From the NCBI GenBank assembly GCA_964016885.1, contig OZ024748.1, positions 51,150,001 through 51,214,000 on the forward strand: a DNA stretch of 64,000 nt, in the 5' to 3' direction. Position 1 is the first letter of the stretch. Every line of letters begins with the position of its first letter. This document shows, piece after piece, positions 41,428 to 54,672 of this stretch. The notes under the pieces were generated by a model. It did not search any database and had not been told where the DNA came from. It saw only the letters and a list, made by a program, of their open reading frames with translations. The DNA comes from Eledone cirrhosa (Eukaryota). The translations under genes and the position numbers were made by a program.

Positions 41428-41608
41428 TTGACATTTGGTATTTAAACCAGCCATGATTCTCTCACTTCTCTCTGTTCAAACTGGCTGTAACTGGCCACTC
41501 ATACTGATGTTAAATAACATCAAAATCTCATAAAATCGATATTATGTGAGATAAAGCCTTTACTGTGAAAATTCAATAGTATATATAATGTAAATGCTAA
41601 AGGGTTAA
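41428..41608. mobile_element. piggyBac-type MITE copy
   Basis: Interior matches 5669/6305; right end taaatgctaaaggg-ttaa, left end degraded. Confidence 0.7.
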
Positions 41609-42079
41609 TGTAGATTCTGTTATTTCTAGAAGAGTGTGCAACCACATGAAGGCTTCCTCATTGACTCATAACTATAAAGCAATGCAGATGGAAGAAGATC
41701 TTGTCATTGCCCAAAATTTTAAATTTAGATTAGCTGATTTTATGGTCTAGTGGTTAGTGTATTGGACTATTGATCATAATATTGTACATTTGATTCCTAG
41801 ACTGGCTGGTGAAAGGAAGTACCAGCAATAGCTGGGGTTGATTCTGTGATGAAATGATGTCCTGTTCGGGTGAGGACGTCATGTACTCTCAGCTGCCTAA
41901 TACAGATGAAGCCAGAATAAGCATGGGCTTGATGAGCATATGTGAGATCTTTATGTATATTTAGTAAGCAAAATGCTCTCCTGTGGAACATTTACTCAGC
42001 CATATTTTTGATATGACAAAAGAATGCACAGTCAGTGTTGATAACTTCCATTTAGTACATGCTACAGACACTAAAATAA

Positions 42080-43282
42080 TGATTTCTAATTTAGGCACAT
42101 GGCCAGCAATTTTCTGGAAGGAGAAAGTTGGTAATATTACTTAACTGGTACTTTATTTTACTGGCCCTGGAAGGATAAAAGGTAAAGTTGACCTCAGTCG
42201 GATTCTCTCTACCAATCCATTGACCTGTACCGACACTAGAATACTAAACATGATAATAATAATTGTTTCTACTTTTGGCACAAGGCCAGCAATTACCCAG
42301 TTTATTACAGGTACTTTATTTTATCGACCCCATAAGGATGAAAGGCAAAGTTAACCTCGTCGGGATTTGAACTCTGACCATAAAGGGCCGTAACTCTTTG
42401 CTACAAAGCATGTTGTCCGACCCTCTACCGATACTGCCGATAATAATAATTGTTTCTACTTTTGGCACAAGGCCAGCAATTACCCAGTTTATTACTGGTA
42501 CTTTATTTTATCGACCCCCGTAAGGATGAAAGGCAAAGTTAACCTTGGCGGGATTTGAACTCAGAATGGCAAGGGCCGTAACTCTATGTGTCAAAGCATG
42601 GCATCCGACCCTCTACTGATACTGTCAATCCACCGCCCTTATTGCTGATAATAATAATGGTTTCTGATTTAGGCACAAGGCCAACCATTTTGGGGAAGGA
42701 GAAAATGGATTAAATCAACCCATTACTGGATATTTTGTTCTAAGGATGAAAGGCAAAGATAACCTTGGCAAGTTTTGAACTCAGGACGTAAAGGGATGTA
42801 ACTATTTCCCACAAATCCTGTTGTGCTATGCTCTCTTGATATTGCCAATCCACCACCCTAATAATAATGATAACAGTTTTTACTTTAGGCACAAGGCCAG
42901 TAATTTAAAGGGGTGGGGAAAGTCAATTAAATTGCCCCAGTACTTACAGGTGCTTTATTTTATCGTCCTCTTAAGGATGAAAGGCAAAGCTAAACTCGGC
43001 GGGATTTGAACTCAGAACATAAAGGGCCATAACTCTATGCCGCAGAGCATGTTGTCTGGTGCTGTACCAATCCTGCTACCCTCATCAGAATAATTGTTTC
43101 TACTTTTGGCATAAGGCCAGCAATACCCCAGTTCATTACTGGTACTTTATTTTATCAACCCCGTAAGGATGAAAGACAAAATTAACCTTGGCAGGATTTG
43201 AACTCAGACCATAAAGTACTGTAACTCTACGCTGCAAAGCACGACGTCCGACCCTCTACCGATACTGCCAATCCCCCACCTT
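42080..43282 (-). mobile_element. Head-to-tail pile of six SINE family M copies
   Basis: tgtttctacttttggcacaaggccagcaatt-like ends at ~42082, 42263, 42452, 42659, 42875 and 43094, each preceded by (aat)n; copies differ in divergence. Confidence 0.88.
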
Positions 43283-43609
43283 CATAAGAATAGTAATAGT
43301 CCTAATGATAATCATGATAACAACAACTTTTATAAAAAAAGTGGTTATTTATATATTTTATATTACTTATAATGCAATTGCAGAACAATATCCATGATGG
43401 TAGAATTTTCCAATTGGAGACTAATGATTGGCTTACTGTAATTCTGATGAGGTGGGAGGAGGGGGGTGGGTGTAATTCAGGGCTGAACAAATATCATAAG
43501 TTACTTTGAAGTAAGATATTCAGAAACTCTGATTTAAAAATACCAATGCTGATGAGCAAATCATTTGTTAAAATACAGACATGTATACACATGTGGAAAA
43601 ACACAGAAA

Positions 43610-43668
<59 letters not shown>

Positions 43669-43686
43669 GGGGTGGAAATGCGTGTG

Positions 43687-43730
<44 letters not shown>

Positions 43731-43770
43731 GACAACACATATATATATATGCATGTGCAAATATGTGTCA

Positions 43771-43813
<43 letters not shown>

Positions 43814-44286
43814 TATATATATATATACACACATATATATATATATATGTGTGTGTGTCTGTGTGTGTGTATGATCTACACAGTTTCCATCTACCAATTT
43901 CCACTCATAAGTACAGGTTAACTTGGTTTACTATATTATAACTAGTGTTTACAACTGGAGCAAGATAAAACCAATAAATAAACATTATTTATCTTTTTTA
44001 TTATTATTTTTTTCATTCAATTACTACCTACATCATAACATATGACTATTTACGAAAAAATTGTTTACTTTGATGTTGGACATACTGGTTGACTTCATGA
44101 AAACAATTGACAGGATATCAGAAAATCTGGGTCTTCTTAGAAAAGAGAAGCTAAAAAAATGATTATTTACTGTGAAAATAGACTATAATTGCTAGTAACT
44201 CACCTTTGTTCATATTTACTTTTATTTTCCTAAATTCATATTTTTGTGTACATTTTTATATTAACTTTTAAATATATATTACTGAG

Positions 44287-44340
<54 letters not shown>

Positions 44341-45751
44341 CAAAATAATTACAGATTATTACAAAATATATAAATAAAATAGAAAAAATAGAATAGAAGC
44401 TTAAGAAAACAAACAGAAGGAATGAAATAAGGAAAGTAAAAAATATATAAATTAAAATAAAGGAAAAGGACTGTGGAAAATAAAGTATAAAAAATATTTA
44501 AAAAAACTTAAAAATTTCTTGCTCCATTACTTTATATAATGTGACTAAAATAAAGAATAATGTATTTTCTTACAAGGTGACTGCTTTAACCTTTGCTGAC
44601 GGTGAAAAAAAAAGTTCACAATGAATATATTTTCTTCCGTGCCAGCACCATCTACGACACTATCACATCTTTGATTTTCCTAGTAATTAATATATTCTTC
44701 AATCAAAAATATAGAAAATGTATAAAACAGCTAAAAAAGACTACGCTACATAATTAGATGGTACATTGAAATTCTTTCCTGTATAACATCAATTTTGAAT
44801 GCGATGACACAATAACAAAAACAAGTGCTACATATATATATATATGTGTGTGTATGTATATATATTAGAAAGAGATCGTAGGGAACAGTAATGACATCAA
44901 CAACAGTATCAGCAACAACAACAACAGCAAAAAAAGCCTCCCCCACCCCTTTTGCCCCCACACGCATCTTTAAAAAGAAAGAAAAAAACGAGAAAAGAAA
45001 TAGTGAACTCCAACTAAACAAAATTGATGACAATAATGAGGAGAGTAGAATTGAGGGAAAAGAATTATAAATTCTAACGTGAATTATAAACCAATGCGAA
45101 GCAATTCCAAGAGGTAATTTGAAAAACTAAAATTCTATTATCACAGAAATGTCTTGTTAGAAGAAAGGAGAAGAAAAGGAAGAACAAGAGGACAGGGAAA
45201 GTGAAAATAGAAGCGAGAGAGAGAGAGAAAGAGAGAGATGTGGCAAAAGAGAAAAATAGCAAGAAAGACAGGGAGACAAAGAGAGAGAGAGAGAGAGAGA
45301 GAAAGAGCAAGAGGAAAGTAGAGGTAGAGATAGAGAAGCAGAAAGAGAGAGAGACATATGTCAAAAGGGAATAATAGCAAGAGAAAAGTTGAGAGAGAGA
45401 GAAAGAGAGAGAGAGACACACAGTTGGAAATAGAGAGAGAAATGGGTGAGAGGAAAATGAAGATGAAGGAATAAAAAAAATAATAAAATATAAAAATGAA
45501 AGTAGAATGATTACTTATATGGTAGAGAAAATAAAAATAATTGGCTTGGATATATAAGCATTCTGAATATGTGCCAGGTTAGAGTAAAAAGAAAGAAAAT
45601 TGACTGAAACCAAAGTTAATTGGCACACAACTAGTTAAACAACAGCATGCAAGATTTTCAGGATGCTTCATTGATTTTTTATGTGTCCTTACTTACATAC
45701 TTACTTCTGTATGTAGTTTTTGTTTTATTTCATTTTAGATATTTTATTTTA

Positions 45752-45790
<39 letters not shown>

Positions 45791-46026
45791 TTATTCTTTA
45801 GATTTAATGTGTACTTTATTTTTACATTCAAAAATGTGTATGCATGTATATACCTTTTTATGAATATATATATATATATATATATGCAAGCAGGGAAAAG
45901 CGGACGTAAAATGATGATAAAATGATGATGATGATATATATATATATATATTATATGTATCATATATATATATAATATATTTTATATACATATATATTAT
46001 ATAAATATATATATATACATATAAAA

Positions 46027-46075
<49 letters not shown>

Positions 46076-46534
46076 TAAAAATATAAATATATATATATAG
46101 AGAGAGAGAGAGAGTATGAATATGTGTATAGATATAGATTGTTATGTAGATGGATGGAGGATGGACATACTTTATAGATCAATAGATAGATTGATGGATT
46201 GTTTGATTGAGTAGTTGGGTATTGGATGAAATGACAGAAGGGTGCTTCTAGACATGGAGAGTTAGATAGAGAGTGAAATACATGAGAAATACATGTGATT
46301 TCAGATGCCATAATCCAATATATATTTGCATATATTTCCTTATAAATGTGTTCATTTATACACACAAGATGAAGTTTGTGTGTGACTGAGTGCGTATGCA
46401 ACACAATTGTCATATTTTGCAATCAGCTTCGAAACATTTCCAAATAGGCGCTTTAAAAATTGCACTTCAGTGGAGAAAACTTTTATATGACTCTTCAGAA
46501 GTTGAAATGATTATGAGGGTTTCTCTCCACTGCT

Positions 46535-47050
46535 TATATATATATATATTATATATATATATTTTATATATATATATATTATATATATTATATATATATA
46601 TTTTATATATATATATTTTATATATATATATTATATATATATATATTATATATATATATATTATATATGTATATTTTATATATATATATATATATTATAT
46701 ATATATATATTATATATATATATATTATATATGTATATTTTATATATATATATATTATATATGTATATTTTATATATATATATATTATATATATATATAT
46801 TATATATATATATATTATATATGTATATTTTATATATATATATATTATATATATATATATTATATATATATATATATTATATATGTATATTTTATATATA
46901 TATATTATATATATATATATTATATATATATATATAATATATATATATATTATATATATATATATTATATATGTATATTTTATATATATATATTATATAT
47001 GTATATTTTATATATATATATATATATTATATATATATATATATATAATA
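46535..47050. repeat. AT-only minisatellite (tatatatatattatatatgtatattt)n
   Basis: Direct inspection. Confidence 0.9.
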
Positions 47051-47052
47051 CA

Positions 47053-47389
47053 ATATATTAACAAATGGAAACTATATTTATAAAACCATATTTATTTCAT
47101 TATACATATTTCAAGGACACTAAGTTAAATTATGGTGAGCTTTCATCAGATAAAATATAATAAAGAGCAGTTTTATAAATAAATATTGACATACCCTTAG
47201 AGAATGCGACCGAGAGCTTCCAACAGAAATGGTTGCATTCTCTAAGGGTATGTCAATATTTATTTATAAAACTGCTCTATATTATATTTTATCTGATGAA
47301 AGCACACCATAATTTAACTTAGTGTCCTTGAAATATGTATAATGAAATAAATATGGTTTTATAAATATAGTTTCCATTTGTTAATATAT
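47053..47389. mobile_element. Foldback palindrome family B (~158-bp arms, ~19-nt loop), each arm with a hammerhead-like core; putative Penelope-like inverted pLTR
   Basis: 47053-47210 is the near-perfect reverse complement of 47230-47389. The right arm reads CTGATGA-aagcacac..gtgtcctt-GAAA-tatg-TA then aataaa. Confidence 0.7.
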
Positions 47390-47635
47390 CGTATTTTTAT
47401 TCCAATAATTTGTTGAGTGCTTTATATCAGTTATAAAAATATTTGCTTGTTGTATCCCAACAATTTAAATAGAACTACATATATATATATTATATATATA
47501 TATATATATATATTTTATATATATATGTATGTATATATACATATGAAGGAAATGGGAATAAAACTTAGCAAACAACACAGTACAATGAAGAAATATTTGT
47601 TAAATGTTTGATAGAATTGTTAAAGATTATATATA

Positions 47636-47727
47636 CAGGCTATCCCCCCAAAATGTATACACACTTTGATTACCTGTACAGAACGCTGTTGAATTGAAGT
47701 GTGTATACCCATTTTTGGGACACCCTG
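47636..47727. mobile_element. Tiny (~92 bp) Tc1/mariner-like MITE
   Basis: ta-caggctatcccccaaaatgtatacacactt vs aagtgtgtatacccatttttgggacaccctg-t. Confidence 0.65.
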
Positions 47728-47890
47728 TCATCATCATCAATTATCATTTTACATCTGCTTTTCCCTGCTTGAAGGGTGGGATGGGTCCTATTCAGCACAG
47801 CATCTCTCCATTTGTCACGGTCCTTTGTCATCTCCTCCGTGAGCTTCAGCGATCTGAGGTCAGCTCTCACCACCCCCGCCCATGTCTTTC
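47728..47890 (-). mobile_element. RTE LINE 3' end (family R2)
   Basis: RKTWAGVVRADLRSLKLTEEMTKDRDKWRDAVLNRTHPTLQAGKS followed by (GAT)n; the last ~40 bp equal the CORE-SINE tail. Confidence 0.85.
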
Positions 47891-48148
47891 GTGTGTGTGT
47901 GTGTGTATATATATAAATATGTATGTATGTAGGCATGTATATGTGTATGAATTCACCGTATCTGAACGTCCTGGGTTCAAACCCACTGTGTGGTAGATTG
48001 TGGACATGTTATTTACCATATTCTTGGGTGAACCTAAGGCTTGTATGTTAAAGTAGTTAGGAAAACCCATTAGAAGCCAGTCACATGGACTCTAACAGTA
48101 ATTACTGGCAGTGGGTTTGTCACACAGTGTCTCAAACTGAGAATTACA

Positions 48149-48383
48149 TTAACCCTTTAGCATTTAGATTACTCTATATTTACCATTGTATTTTCACAGT
48201 AGACACTTTATCGCACATAATATGTTTATATTATTGTATCTGTTTATATTATTGAATCTATTGATATTTATTTTGAGAACAATACCTGAACATAAGTATG
48301 AGCAGCCTGTTACGGCTGGTTTGAACAGAAAATGGTGAAATAGTTATGGGCGGATATGGCTGGTTTAAATGCTAAAGTGTTGA
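48149..48383. mobile_element. piggyBac-type MITE copy, reverse orientation and uninterrupted
   Basis: ttaa-ccctttagcattta ... taaatgctaaagtg-ttga. Confidence 0.8.
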
Positions 48384-48649
48384 TGGTACAAGTGATTGTA
48401 GAATATTTAGCTAGATCCACCTTCATTTCACAAGTATGCTGTTTTATTGAACAAGAAACTTGAATTTTCATCCATCACACACACACATATATAGCCATCT
48501 AACCCATACTAGCGAGGAAAGTGGATGTTAAACGAGGATGATGATGATGATATATATATATATATATGTATGCTTCATCAGAAAAGATGGATGTTAAATG
48601 ATAATATATACACACACACAGACAGACATATATATATATGTACAGAAGA

Positions 48650-49033
48650 CGCGACCCCCCACGAGTACAAGCAGAAGCTGAAGCATGTAGACAATATGCC
48701 CCTCCAACCTCCCACTGCAAAGTGGTCGTGGAGGTGCCACGGCAAAAAAGCACCCAGACTCACTGTAAAGTGGTCGTGTAGGCGCCACGGAAAAAAGCAC
48801 CCAGCACTCACTGTAAAGTAGACGTGGAGGCGCCACGGAAAAAAAGCACCCAGCACTCACTGTAAATGAGGTTGGTGTTAGGAAGGGCATCCAGCTGTAG
48901 AAATCAAGCCAGAATCAGTTTCCGTATGAGCAAGGCATGGTCAGCCGACCGGACAGTGCCCACAACAGGACAATCCGTCTAACCCATGCTAGCGTGGAAG
49001 AACGGACGTAAAACGGTGATGATGATGATGATG
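48650..49033 (+). mobile_element. RTE family R3 3'-UTR fragment with a triplicated ~48-bp module and extended tail
   Basis: Starts like 26232-26290 (gctgaagcat.tagacaatatgccc); three copies of cactg.aaagt....gtg.agg.gccacgg.aaaaaagcacccag; tail matches 14955-15060. Confidence 0.75.
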
Positions 49034-49398
49034 TATATATTCAAAATAGAAGGCCGACCCGAGTCATGTGGGCTTTTTGTGAAACTATATATATACACAT
49101 ATATAAAACTTATCGATCAACAGGATCCCACACTTCACTCGTAAACTCATGACTGAATCCAATTGTCTAATCACTAAGCCATGTGCCTTCACTTATATAA
49201 ACACACATATATTTTACCTGTACTAGCCATCTGGTTGAGGCTATGTTGGGACATCGCCCATACATACATATATATATGTATGCATATATGTGAATATATA
49301 TACACATGCATATAAATATAAATATATATATATGTAATAGGAACAAGTAAGACCCCGACGGCTGAGCTCAAGCCGTTTCGATGGCTAATTCTGGACTG

Positions 49399-49498
49399 TA
49401 TTGAGTACTTTGGTGCGTTATGGTCCACTTGGTTCCTTACCACATTTCCTTCGTTATATATATATGTATATATATAAACGGAAAAAATGAAACGAAAC

Positions 49499-49547
<49 letters not shown>

Positions 49548-49598
49548 TATAAATATATATATATATATAAATATATATAAATATATATATATATATAA

Positions 49599-49642
<44 letters not shown>

Positions 49643-49742
49643 GTTTCGTTTCATTTTTTCCGTTTATATATATACATATATATATAACGAAGGAAATGGG
49701 GTAAGGAACCAAGTGGACCATAACGCACCAAAGTACTCAATA
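49399..49742. repeat. Inverted duplication (~105-bp arms, 1 mismatch) around a (TA)n core
   Basis: tattgagtactttggtgcgttatggtccacttggttccttacc...gaaacgaaacatatg is mirrored at 49637-49742. Confidence 0.9.
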
Positions 49743-49908
49743 AATATACACGTGGGAAAGTAAAAAATCGGAGAATAGACCGTTAAAACATGTTTATTTA
49801 AAACAGCACCTACGTACATTTTTTTCTCTTTCTCGATACGTAAATACTGTATATATAAATATATATATATATATAAATATATATATAAATATATATATAT
49901 ATATAAAT

Positions 49909-49941
<33 letters not shown>

Positions 49942-50021
49942 AATATATATATATATAAATTATTAATACAATAACAGAGATAGTTTAAAGCTAATCTCTG
50001 ACTGGTAACCATCTATATATA

Positions 50022-50062
<41 letters not shown>

Positions 50063-50585
50063 AAATATGTTTGTAAAACTATATATTTATATATATATAT
50101 CTGTGTATATGTATATATCTGTGTGTGTGTATATATATATATATATGTGTGTATTTGTGTGTATAAATATATGTGCATGTATAGACACAAATAAGTATAC
50201 ATCAACATCAACACGCATAGAAATATATAGATATCTACGTATGTGATATATGAGCACTCCCATATTCCATGTTCAGCACCAATATCTCTGATGTTGAGGC
50301 ATGAATTACTCTGCTCATTTCCAATTGGAAATGTCTGTATGTGAAATGGGCACTCATCAGTGTAGGTGGTGGTGGTGGCGGTGTAGGTGGTGATGTAGTT
50401 AGTTGTGGTGATGGTGAGGAAACAAGTGAACAGTAAAGGGATGGAGTGACACATAAAGAGGAAGGGGTAGAAAAAAAGAGACACAGTTCAGAAAACGAAG
50501 GTTCCTGAAATTAGAGTGGAGAACAAGTAACACAAATAACATCTTAATAAGATTCTAACATCTTGAGAAATATTTATTTTTATGT

Positions 50586-50622
<37 letters not shown>

Positions 50623-50883
50623 CATACATATCATCCTTATTATTTAACGGTCGCTTTCTCTGCTAGCATATATATATATTTATATATATATATTTATGTG
50701 TGTGTGTGAGTGTGTGTGTGTATCGTATGTATGTACGTATGTGTATATACAACATGCAGTGATGATTGTCTTAGCATTTATCAATTTATACAGACACATC
50801 AACCTACCGCATACGCACACCCCTGCAATCAATTTCCAACCCCCCGTCAACGACAAAAAAAAATCCCCAATTATCTATCAATA

Positions 50884-50954
<71 letters not shown>

Positions 50955-51532
50955 TTCTTTGTACATGCCAAATCACATCAAAATTGTCTTTAATTCAAGT
51001 TCTTTGCTTTTCTTTAAAATATTTCCTATTAATCTTGAGAGCATTATATACACACATATATATATACATACATATGCCTATGTATGAGTGTGTGTGTCTA
51101 ATGAGATAAAGAGAAAGAAAGAGGAGATACGAGAGAAAAATAGAGAGCACGAACGCAAAAGAAAGGGGAAGGGGAGACGATGTGGAATAAATTTCATTTT
51201 GTTGATAGTGGAATGGTGGAAGGAAAGGTACAATTTTGTCTACGAAATGTCTTCTTGTCATTTAGTTTGGATATATTGTAAAACACACACATAAATGTAT
51301 ATTGAAATAGTTCACTGTGAACAAGCGGGAAATGAGAGTACTCAATGTTAAAAAGTAGGGTTGTATGATATATTTTGTTAGAATCTAAAACATCACAAAT
51401 CGTTACTCCGACGTTCTCGTTTCTCATACTTTGGTAACTTGTACATGGTAGACATGTAGTTACGATGTTTCAAACTGATAGTGTACTTTGATTGGATAAA
51501 ATGTAACAAAAGAATATTATTGCTTCACATAA

Positions 51533-51719
51533 GGGCGGCGGATTGGCAGTATCGGTAGAGGGTCGGACGCCATGCTTTCCAGCATAGTTACGTCCCTTTA
51601 TGATCTGAGTTCAAATCCCACCGAGGTTAACTTTGCCTTTCATCCTTACGGGGTCGATAAAATAAAGTATCAGCAATGTACTGGTGTAATTTGCTGGCCT
51701 TGTGCCAATAGTAGAAACA
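51533..51719 (+). mobile_element. Full-length SINE family M copy (~187 bp) with perfect 17-bp TSD
   Basis: TSD attattgcttcacataa at 51516-51532 and 51720-51736; A/B-box-like motifs present. Confidence 0.92.
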
Positions 51720-53640
51720 ATTATTGCTTCACATAATAACGGTTACTTGAAAAAATACAGGATGGAGAAGAAAAGAAACGATATGAATATGGAAAAATGT
51801 AAATTATGAAACATGCGTAAATATATCCTAATATCAAATAATAAACTCATAATTGCACTGAGTGTTCAAGGGAGATAATGTAAAAAGTATGAATGATTAC
51901 TCTCCAAAAACCTGAAACAAAAAATGTTTGTAAAAAGAAGATCCATGTTGTTTTCTGGAATTATCAGATTAAAAGTACATAGTTACCTAGTAAACATTGT
52001 TAAGTATGTTTACAAGATCCCAACATTTTGGATTTCTTAAAAGCCAATCTAATCTTGAAATAAGTTGACTAGATTCTCATTTTAAAGGATTTCAGTAAGA
52101 GCAGTATACATGATTAAACACGTTCAAGAATTGACTTACCTGACTTTCAACGCGATTGCTTCAAAAAAGTACAAAGTTTTAATGTTTCATTACCAAAAGA
52201 CCCTTTATTTTAAGGAGTTTATATTTATCTAATTACGTAAGAAACTTTACTAAGTTATGCTCCAAACACTAAGTTTATCATGAGAAATTTATTTATATTA
52301 CCGAATCCCTCAAAATTCTAGCTTAGTGTTTAAATGATATGTAATTCATAGGCCATTTCTTTAGAAATATGGTAAAGTAAGGGCTAAGCAAAAAATAAGT
52401 TTAAATTTTAAACAAGAGAAAGTCTCCATGCAATTCGATTTTTTAAATCGGTAATGTGCGTGTATGTGTATGTACACGTACGTATGTATGAATACACGTG
52501 CGTGTGTACATCAGAATACAAGATAAAGTTGATCAAAATCCGAATGGACACAGTAATGCAGGACATCCGAAACTTAATAGAAATTCCTTAACTAAAACAA
52601 ATAAAAAAATACATTGAAAAATCAGTAGGTAATAAGCATTTAGTAAATAATATTTTCTCAGCTATTGATAACGTAAAGGTTTTCCTTTCACATGGAATAC
52701 GAAATAACAATAGAGGAAAGCTGAGTCGTTTTTATAATGGTAAAATATTATTGCATACACACGAAGATCAATTTCTTAGTTCTCACTACATATATTTAGT
52801 GCAGGTCAAATTACACTCCACAGTGTCGGCAAAAACCTCAACCTAAAATGAAAATATTACCAAAAGGGGAAATTGTATTCAAATTACTTTAGCTGTCTCT
52901 CGAGACTGTTGGTGATAAAAGCATAATAAAAATTGACGACAAACTGCAAGACTTATTTAGGTGTAAAGGCAATAAACAGAGATATAATCATAACAACAAA
53001 ACTGTACTTAAACTATATCTATACGATCTGAAAAACAACGATAATATTGTAATATGTAGAAGCGATAAGAGCAATCAGTTTTGTTATGATGAACAGAGAA
53101 TACATTACAACAATCAACAATATACTATATGATAAGAGCAAATTTATCAAAATTTCGAAAGTCAATACTGCAAAACTAAAAATTAAACTCAAACAATTAG
53201 TTACTGTTGCAAACGCGCAAATAGGTTTCATTTCCCAAATACAGAAGAGTTTATTCTAGCATATGTTAATGACACCATGAAAACAAACAATCAAAATACA
53301 CTTGTAATCTTCCAAATCAACACACCGTCTCACAGAATCACTAAACAAATAGATAAAATCATTTTTTTTTAAATCGAAATATGTACGCGTTGAAAGTGTT
53401 CTGTAAAACACGTTTTAAAAATGGCAAAGCTAGCTGGTTATATTTCAAGTATGGATGAGGAGCTCTTCTTTACCAAGTTATTTCAATGCAAACAATATAG
53501 ATATTTGACAAGGTGTACACACAGATTACGTTGAAAGCAAGCAATATAACAAGAAACATTCCAATAAAGTTTCTGTTGACTTACACCACCGGCATTTTTT
53601 TCTATTATACAGAAGACAATCTGTACACCAAATAGTAACG

Positions 53641-53836
53641 AAAACCTTTCAACTCTCCCCGTCCGACAGGGAGATCTCCCACCCACTTTGGGGTGGGTGA
53701 GAGATGTCTTCTCTTGTGAAAATGGGTATAGCTTTCATTATGTAAAATTTCCCCATTTTGTCTCATTTCTCCCCGTTTTGGGGCACGTTTTCCCCATGAT
53801 ACTCCCCGTCTGGATTTTTAGAGGTTGGCAGGTCTG
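53641..53836 (-). mobile_element. MITE with CAGACCTGCCAAC TIRs and apparent 6-bp TSD (copy 2)
   Basis: aaaacctttcaac ... gttggcaggtctg; flanks gtaacg / gtatcg. Confidence 0.8.
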
Positions 53837-54310
53837 GTATCGAGTGGACATGGCTCCTCTACATTTACGCCACACTATTTGACGAGCGTCTAAAATAAGG
53901 TTATTCTAAACATAACCACATTATATATATATGGTCCATTGAAATCAGATTTCAAAAATACTTAAATTTACAGTTCAACATATTTCTAACATATATTCAG
54001 ATCACAATGCCACTCCATTCATAGATACAAATGCATGGCTAAGGAACAACACATATAACACCTCCGTACGCACAGAAAATTTCAACAAATGTCTATATAT
54101 GTACGGAGAGTGTGAGTATACCCAAGGATATAAACTGTGTATAGTAAACTATCTTATGCGACGAATCTATAAATTTCCATTAAATAAAGATGATTTAAAC
54201 GACGAAACATTGAATTAAACGAACACTATTTAATAACGGTATGCGTTAGTAGACCATGCTGAAGAACAAATTCACCTTCACAGACCCAACACTCTGCAAA
54301 ACCATCCAAT

Positions 54311-54672
54311 CAGATGGTGGATGGGTGCTACACGAGAATGCTGAGGATGGCTCTGAATATTAATCAGTATACACTGAGGATGAAAAACTCAGAGCTGTAT
54401 GGGAGCATCCCAAAAGTCAGCTCAAAAGTGACACAGAGAAGACTGAGGTTGGCTGGACATGCTCACCGACATCCAGAGTTGACATTGCACTCAGTGCTCC
54501 TTTGGGAGCCCCTACATGGACACACTAGAAGAGAAAGACCAAGGTTAACATATGTTGATGCCCTAAGGACAGACACTGGTCTGTTGGAGATGCAGGATAT
54601 GGCAGCGATAATGAGGGACAGAGACCGCTGGAGAGAACTCGTCCATGGATCTCGGGAATTTTACCCGCCTTA
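54311..54672 (+). mobile_element. 5'-truncated RTE LINE (family R1)
   Basis: ORF 54314-54673 is ~90% aa identical to 2014-2372; the stop codon is directly followed by (AT)n. Confidence 0.9.

Noticed and set aside
42080-43282. Regularly spaced repeats resembling an array system (CRISPR- or integron-like)
   Set aside because: Units are whole SINE copies found dispersed elsewhere with their own TSDs; there are no unique spacers or cassettes.
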